The notes under the pieces were generated by a model. The model did not search any database. It had not been told where the DNA came from and worked only from the letters and a program-made list of their open reading frames with translations. Shown piece by piece: positions 59,155 through 64,000 of a stretch of 64,000 nucleotides of DNA (position 1 is its first letter; every line of letters begins with the position of its first letter). This DNA is from Bacteroidota bacterium (lineage in GTDB: Bacteria; Bacteroidota; Ignavibacteria; Palsa-1295), in contig JAJPIO010000011.1 of NCBI GenBank assembly GCA_021324735.1, positions 22,612 through 86,611 on the forward strand. Reading direction: 5' to 3'. A program made the position numbers and the translations under genes.

Positions 59155-60052
59155 ATATGAGCGTCCCCTCTTCCCCGGCGATCACGCTACCTTCAAGCGA
59201 CAGTTTTGAAACACGATCACCGGAGAGCTCGAAATTCACAGTCACGTACTCGCCGCTTTGGGTCAGCAAACGGATCGGCGCTTGAGGGATGCGTCCGGTC
59301 AATCGGGCAACTATTGCCGAACTCATACATCCGGTACCACATGCTAACGTTTCTCCTTCCACTCCTCGTTCGAATGTACGAATGCGAAGATATTTTTCTT
59401 CCCCGTCTTCGCGCACTTCAATGAAGTTAGCGTTCGCTCCGACCGGTGCAAATTCAGGATGCCATCGCAGCAAGCGACCGTAGTGCGCAACATCGAGCGA
59501 ATCGACACCACCACCACTCATGATTCCACCTTCGGCCTCTGTCTTCTTAAGGAAGGGTAGCCTATTTTGAAGTTCGTCGAAGAACACTACCACATGCTGG
59601 CTTCCAAGATCGACGTAGCCAGCTTTTACAGATGCATTATTTTCGACTGGAAGATCGAAGTTGAGGCGAATAACGGTAGGATCTTGAAAGTACACGCGAA
59701 CGTCGCCATTGGCAAGCACTTCTGCGCGATTGACAGCCCCCAATACCTCGAACTCGGTCTTTGCTTCTGTTGCAAAACCAAAATGCCCAGCGGCTTGAAC
59801 GGCACATCGAGAACCATTGCCGCACAACATCCCGGTCGAGCCATCGGGATTGTAAAAATCCATTCGGAATGGAGCAGACGAACTTTGATTGATGAGAATT
59901 ATACCATCGGCGCCAACACCTGTTTTGTAATCGCATGCCGCACGAACGAGCTTCTGCATTTCCTCTCTCGAAAGCGAGAGCGGATCTTCCCATGTATTCA
60001 TAACGACGAACGTATTACCGGCCGCCGTATAGCGCTGAAAGCTGTGCGTCAT
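59114..60052 (-). CDS. dapF: Diaminopimelate epimerase
   Basis: YNPDGSTGMLCGNGSRCAVQAA (first catalytic Cys) and ACGTGCMSSAIVA (second catalytic Cys). The start is taken at MTHSF (60052); the ORF is open to 60124. Confidence 0.85.
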   Translation of the reverse strand: MTHSFQRYTAAGNTFVVMNTWEDPLSLSREEMQKLVRAACDYKTGVGADGIILINQSSSAPFRMDFYNPDGSTGMLCGNGSRCAVQAAGHFGFATEAKTEFEVLGAVNRAEVLANGDVRVYFQDPTVIRLNFDLPVENNASVKAGYVDLGSQHVVVFFDELQNRLPFLKKTEAEGGIMSGGGVDSLDVAHYGRLLRWHPEFAPVGANANFIEVREDGEEKYLRIRTFERGVEGETLACGTGCMSSAIVARLTGRIPQAPIRLLTQSGEYVTVNFELSGDRVSKLSLEGSVIAGEEGTLIFDETNGKLEVEYL

Positions 60053-60190
60053 AGTAGTGTTAACACTGAATCTATATTTCCGTGCGATTGACCTAAATGA
60101 GTTTGTGCTCTCGGTTTTGAGCAAACATGCGTCAAAATTTCTTATTTTCGTACGTGTTGTTATTCCCCGTCATCTTTATTTTTTTAATCT

Positions 60191-60700
60191 ATGAAATTCG
60201 CTGTTAGAAATCTCTTGCTTTCATTATCGGTGATTGCACTTGCGCTGTTTGTGGTACCATCAGCACATGCACAGAAGAACGATCCGCCGAGTGGGAAATT
60301 TGGCATTGGCGCTTATGTCGCATCGGGTATACCAGGCATTCCAGTACCAAGCGGACTCTCCGGCACGTACGCCATTAATTCAGACATGCAAGTTGGTTCT
60401 TACCTTTCACTAGCAGTCGCAAGCAGTGATGGCGCAAGTGCTACTACTTTTTTATTGGCACCCTATTTTCGATATCTTTTTAATTCTACGGCAAGCCCAT
60501 ACGTCCAGGGAGGATTTTCGGTCATTACTGGCGGAGGTTCCACAACTGCGGGCATATTTCTGGGCGGCGGTCTTTCCTATTATATGAGCGAACATTTCGG
60601 CGTGCATACGGACGTAGATATTATCGATGTTGAATTTAGTCCATCCTCCGTGGTGTTCGGTTGGGCTAATTTACGTGCAGGCATGATGTGGTTCTTTTAA
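60191..60700 (+). CDS. Small outer-membrane beta-barrel protein (OmpW/OmpA-like 8-strand type)
   Basis: Signal peptide ...VVPSAHAQ. Ends in the aromatic terminus ...GMMWFF typical of outer-membrane proteins. Confidence 0.6.
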   Translation: MKFAVRNLLLSLSVIALALFVVPSAHAQKNDPPSGKFGIGAYVASGIPGIPVPSGLSGTYAINSDMQVGSYLSLAVASSDGASATTFLLAPYFRYLFNSTASPYVQGGFSVITGGGSTTAGIFLGGGLSYYMSEHFGVHTDVDIIDVEFSPSSVVFGWANLRAGMMWFF

Positions 60701-60832
60701 TTACCTCTTTACTTTTTTGAAAAAATGGCATGGCTTCCGCTATGCCATTTTTTATTGACGCAAATGAACACTTCGAAAAAGCACTGTTCGCACGCCCGTA
60801 CTGTTTAGCTCTTCCCAAAATTAATATTTCTC

Positions 60833-62047
60833 ATGTACGGAAAAGTCCAGCAAGAATTAGCCAGCGAACTCGCAGCCATCCGAGAAGCCGGCCTCTACAA
60901 GAACGAGCGCGAAATTACCACACCACAAGGTGTTGAAATTAAGGTAAAGGGACGCAAAGGGATCGTCCTAAACTTTTGCGCCAATAACTATCTCGGTCTC
61001 TCTTCCCATCCGAAGGTAATTGCGGCTGCGCATAAAACGCTCGATACTCATGGTTATGGTATGTCAAGCGTTCGATTTATCTGCGGCACGCAGGACTTAC
61101 ATAAAGAGCTGGAGAATGAAATATCCCACTTCCTGGGTACCGACGATACCATCCTCTACGTTGCCTGCTTCGATGCAAACGGCGGTGTCTTCGAGCCACT
61201 GTTCGGCGAAGAAGATGCGATCATTTCTGATGAGCTGAATCATGCATCGATCATCGATGGGGTGCGTCTTGCAAAGTCGAAACGCTATCGCTATAAACAC
61301 GCCGATATGAAGGATCTCGAGACACAGCTTCTTGAATCGCAGGCGCAGCGGCGTCGCGTGATCGTTACCGATGGCGTCTTCTCGATGGATGGAGATATAG
61401 CCAAGCTTTCGCAGATCTGCGATCTTGCCGAGCGCTACGAAGCGCTGGTGATGGTCGATGATTCACATGCAACTGGATTCGTTGGCAAAACCGGTCGAGG
61501 CTCGATCGAGCATGAGAATGTAATGGGCCGAGTCGATATCGTTACTTCGACCCTTGGCAAAGCTCTTGGCGGTGCCGCCGGTGGTTTTACCTCCGGTCGT
61601 AAAGAGATCATTGACATGCTTCGTCAGCGATCGCGTCCGTATCTTTTCTCGAATACGCTGCCACCGCCCATCGCCGGTGCTGCACTTGCGGTCATTCGGA
61701 TGCTTGAAGAGACAACTGAACTTCGCGATAAGCTCGAAGCAAACACGAAATACTTCCGTGAGAAGATGACCGCCGCAGGTTTTGATATCAAGCCAGGCAT
61801 TCATCCTATCGTACCGATCATGCTCTATGATGCTCCTCTTGCACAGCAATTTGCCTCACGCTTGCAGGACGAAGGCATCTATGTGACCGGCTTCTTCTAT
61901 CCCGTAGTAGCGAAAGGTCAGGCACGTATTCGTGTACAGATCTCCGCCGCTCACGAACGCCACCACCTCGATACTGCCATCGAAGCCTTTACAAAGGTTG
62001 GCGAGGAATTAGGAGTGCTGAAAGGTAAGGCTGAGGCGGTAGCGTAA
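60833..62047 (+). CDS. kbl: Glycine C-acetyltransferase (2-amino-3-ketobutyrate CoA ligase); a BioF-like alternative is possible
   Basis: The N-terminus [25 protein letters not shown] is characteristic of Kbl. PLP-lysine region [13 protein letters not shown]; here [13 protein letters not shown]. Confidence 0.85.
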   Translation: MYGKVQQELASELAAIREAGLYKNEREITTPQGVEIKVKGRKGIVLNFCANNYLGLSSHPKVIAAAHKTLDTHGYGMSSVRFICGTQDLHKELENEISHFLGTDDTILYVACFDANGGVFEPLFGEEDAIISDELNHASIIDGVRLAKSKRYRYKHADMKDLETQLLESQAQRRRVIVTDGVFSMDGDIAKLSQICDLAERYEALVMVDDSHATGFVGKTGRGSIEHENVMGRVDIVTSTLGKALGGAAGGFTSGRKEIIDMLRQRSRPYLFSNTLPPPIAGAALAVIRMLEETTELRDKLEANTKYFREKMTAAGFDIKPGIHPIVPIMLYDAPLAQQFASRLQDEGIYVTGFFYPVVAKGQARIRVQISAAHERHHLDTAIEAFTKVGEELGVLKGKAEAVA

Positions 62048-62118
62048 AGACTTGACTTGGAAAATTAAAAGGCAGAGATAATTCGCTACCTTTTTCCTGG
62101 CATTTCTCTTGACTTAAT

Positions 62119-62508
62119 GTGTCTCATAATACAGTGAGCACCCCTCGTCATATACAGGTTTTTGCATGTCTGGCCATTCTGGCGATCGCCATCCAGGTGA
62201 ACTCGACGGCGTTCTCCATTTTGCTGTTTAAGCTCAACAGAAGCCAAATTTCGCAGACCGAGTGTGAGCGGAAGATGCCCCATTGTAACGGTCATTGCTA
62301 CCTGATGAAGCAGCTTGCAAAGACCGGGAATAATGAAAATGGCAGCCGCTCGACCGTACGAGAAACGCATATTGACGAACATTATCTGCCACAACCGTTA
62401 AATAATTTAACGGCCCTTCCTTTTTCCGAAGTTACAATCAATAAAAGCCTCTCCGATCAAACCTCATCCGGCTGGCCCTTCGCAGTTCTTCAACCGCCGC
62501 GCGCGTAA
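62119..62508 (+). CDS. Hypothetical small membrane protein with a Cys/His cluster
   Basis: Transmembrane helix VFACLAILAIAIQV, then a C-x8-HC-x2-HC motif (CERKMPHCNGHC). Alternative overlapping ORFs exist, so the call is weak. Confidence 0.2.
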   Translation: MSHNTVSTPRHIQVFACLAILAIAIQVNSTAFSILLFKLNRSQISQTECERKMPHCNGHCYLMKQLAKTGNNENGSRSTVRETHIDEHYLPQPLNNLTALPFSEVTINKSLSDQTSSGWPFAVLQPPRA

Positions 62509-62610
62509 TCAAGTCAGGTGCAAAGGGTATAGGGTGTCGTAAGAAGCTCTATCACTCACCCACGTCTAACCTTAGACTCTTTTCTATTTTCAACAAATTT
62601 TCATTCTCCT

Positions 62611-63564
62611 ATGAATGCGCGCGTTTATATAGTACTTTTAGTTTTGATTTTTCTTGCTGGGCCATTAAGTGCTCAGCCGATCGGAATCGTCAATGCCTGC
62701 GACTTTTGCATTGCTTCCCAAGGCATTTCACCACTTGAGATGGGACGTACGGGCCTTCGCTATGATGTCCGCTATCTTAAGCTATCCAAGGAATACAGCG
62801 ATGGTAAGCTCGTCGCAAACTCAAGCAACGAATCCGAAGAGTTCTTTACAAATCAATTCACTCTCTCATATCAACTTGCTTCGGATATTTCTTTGATAGA
62901 GATCGTACCGGTTGCAACGAAAACCGCCAGGATGAGTGAGACCGATATGAACTCGTCCGAAACCATCACCAACACTGGCTTCGGGGATGTGCTGTTGATC
63001 GGACGGTATAATCTATTTGCGGATCACTCGCTAACAACGACGAAGATCGTTGCAATGAGTGCGGGCTTAAAACTACCTACGGGCGGAACACACTTTCGCG
63101 ACGCAGCTGGGGAGATAGCTGACCCTGACATGCAACTCGGCACTGGCTCTCTCGATGCTGTGGTAGCAGCGAACGTACTGTATGGTACGCACGATCTTGC
63201 CGTTGCCTTTAATACCACTGCTACGTTTACTTCCAAAGGCGCGAATGGTCACCAGTACGGCAACAATGTAAATTATGATGCTACGGCAAGGTATCGCGTC
63301 TATTGTAAAATGGATGACTGCGCTCCTTCACTTTTCGCAACCGCCGGCATTATAGGCGAATGGCGAGCACATGAATTGCAGGACGGTGTTATAGATCCCA
63401 ACTCCGGAGGCAACGTTATTTACGTTGCGCCCGGTGTGCAAGCGTTTCTTTCGCAGTCTATCTCGTTCGAAGCTCGTTTCCAGCTACCGATCGTGCACGC
63501 ACTGAATGGCGATCAGTTAGGTGAGACTTATAAGATAGCGTCAGGGCTGCAGTATTTGTTTTAG
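62611..63564 (+). CDS. Putative outer-membrane beta-barrel protein (MetA-pathway/transporter-like)
   Basis: Signal peptide ...FLAGPLSAQ, a CDFC motif, alternating beta-strand pattern, and C-terminal ...LQYLF. Confidence 0.55.
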   Translation: MNARVYIVLLVLIFLAGPLSAQPIGIVNACDFCIASQGISPLEMGRTGLRYDVRYLKLSKEYSDGKLVANSSNESEEFFTNQFTLSYQLASDISLIEIVPVATKTARMSETDMNSSETITNTGFGDVLLIGRYNLFADHSLTTTKIVAMSAGLKLPTGGTHFRDAAGEIADPDMQLGTGSLDAVVAANVLYGTHDLAVAFNTTATFTSKGANGHQYGNNVNYDATARYRVYCKMDDCAPSLFATAGIIGEWRAHELQDGVIDPNSGGNVIYVAPGVQAFLSQSISFEARFQLPIVHALNGDQLGETYKIASGLQYLF

Positions 63565-63615
63565 TACTGTTTTATTCCCTGGGACCTCAGGGTTTCAGGG
63601 AATAACATTACGCGA

Positions 63616-64000
63616 TTAGCGCCAGCTTTCCTGCTCTACTTGTGTGCCATCGCTGACGAGCAAGATGGCTCCTTCCTTATCGGTCCGACATACTTTAGCA
63701 TTGCAGGTATACCACCGCTTCAACACCGCGGTGGCGGGATGTCCAAACCGATTATTTTCACCAACGGAGATCACAGCGTATTGCGGATTAGCCATTTGTA
63801 CAAATTCCTTAGATGAACTGGTCAAGCTACCGTGATGCGCCACCTTTACGACATTGGTATGAAGAAATGCTCCGTATGTCTCCAGCATTTCCTCTTCCTC
63901 GCTTCGTTCGACATCACCTAAGAAGAGAACGCTGGTATTTTTATAAACCAGCTTAAAAGCAAGCGTCCCGGCATTGATCGACTGGCCACCCGCAGCATAC
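63616..64000 (-). CDS. ComEC/Rec2-family protein, C-terminal MBL-like domain (partial; gene continues beyond the window)
   Basis: VAHHGSLTSSSKEFVQMANPQYAVISVGENNRFGHPATAVLKRW matches the ComEC C-terminal metallo-beta-lactamase signature. The frame stays open to the window edge. Confidence 0.65.
   Translation of the reverse strand, partial: YAAGGQSINAGTLAFKLVYKNTSVLFLGDVERSEEEEMLETYGAFLHTNVVKVAHHGSLTSSSKEFVQMANPQYAVISVGENNRFGHPATAVLKRWYTCNAKVCRTDKEGAILLVSDGTQVEQESWR

Noticed and set aside
1-64000. CRISPR arrays, integrase/recombinase, transposase, toxin-antitoxin or restriction-modification genes
   Set aside because: Looked for them and found none. There are no regularly spaced repeat-spacer arrays. 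No tyrosine or serine recombinase or DDE transposase motif was recognised. The only repeats are the hairpin family at 5.7-11.2 kb and short microsatellite-like tandem repeats inside glgP, the portal gene and xseA.

Overview
This 64 kb window has a moderately high GC content. The chromosomal context looks like the Fibrobacteres-Chlorobi-Bacteroidetes (FCB) group, because almost every large secreted protein ends in a type IX secretion (T9SS) C-terminal sorting domain. I cannot name the species from sequence alone. Housekeeping genes are glgP, dxs, xseA/xseB, a tRNA-Arg(CCG), an rlpA-like gene, manC, dapF, kbl, and the tail ends of an MBL-fold hydrolase and a ComEC-like gene. The most unusual region is about 12 kb long (roughly 3.4-15.4 kb) and starts at an AT-rich junction. 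It carries a compact HK97-type phage head-morphogenesis module: large terminase, portal, U35 prohead protease, major capsid protein, gp6-like connector, two unknown proteins, an SLT-domain transglycosylase and a two-transmembrane-helix protein. No integrase, repressor, replication gene, recognisable small terminase or tail gene is visible. This fits a tail-less, capsid-forming phage satellite, a gene-transfer-agent-like element or a domesticated phage head cluster better than a complete prophage. Between terminase and portal, on the opposite strand, sits a moron-like cassette: two paralogous lipoproteins plus a GT-C-like polytopic membrane glycosyltransferase. Each of these genes is bracketed by a dispersed repeat family of about 135 bp whose internal hairpin is kept intact by compensatory base changes. 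The remainder of the window is dominated by about 35 kb of T9SS cargo genes. These include a tandemly triplicated paralog family, a 2046-aa polymorphic-membrane-protein (PMP)-repeat adhesin, and BNR-repeat and other giant proteins. Smaller items are a TPR-LuxR regulator, a CoxE-like VWA protein and an outer-membrane beta-barrel gene cluster. A weak RNase P RNA candidate lies in a 780-bp gene-free gap. Regularly spaced GAAATCAG direct repeats lie in the divergent xseA/cargo-gene promoter region.
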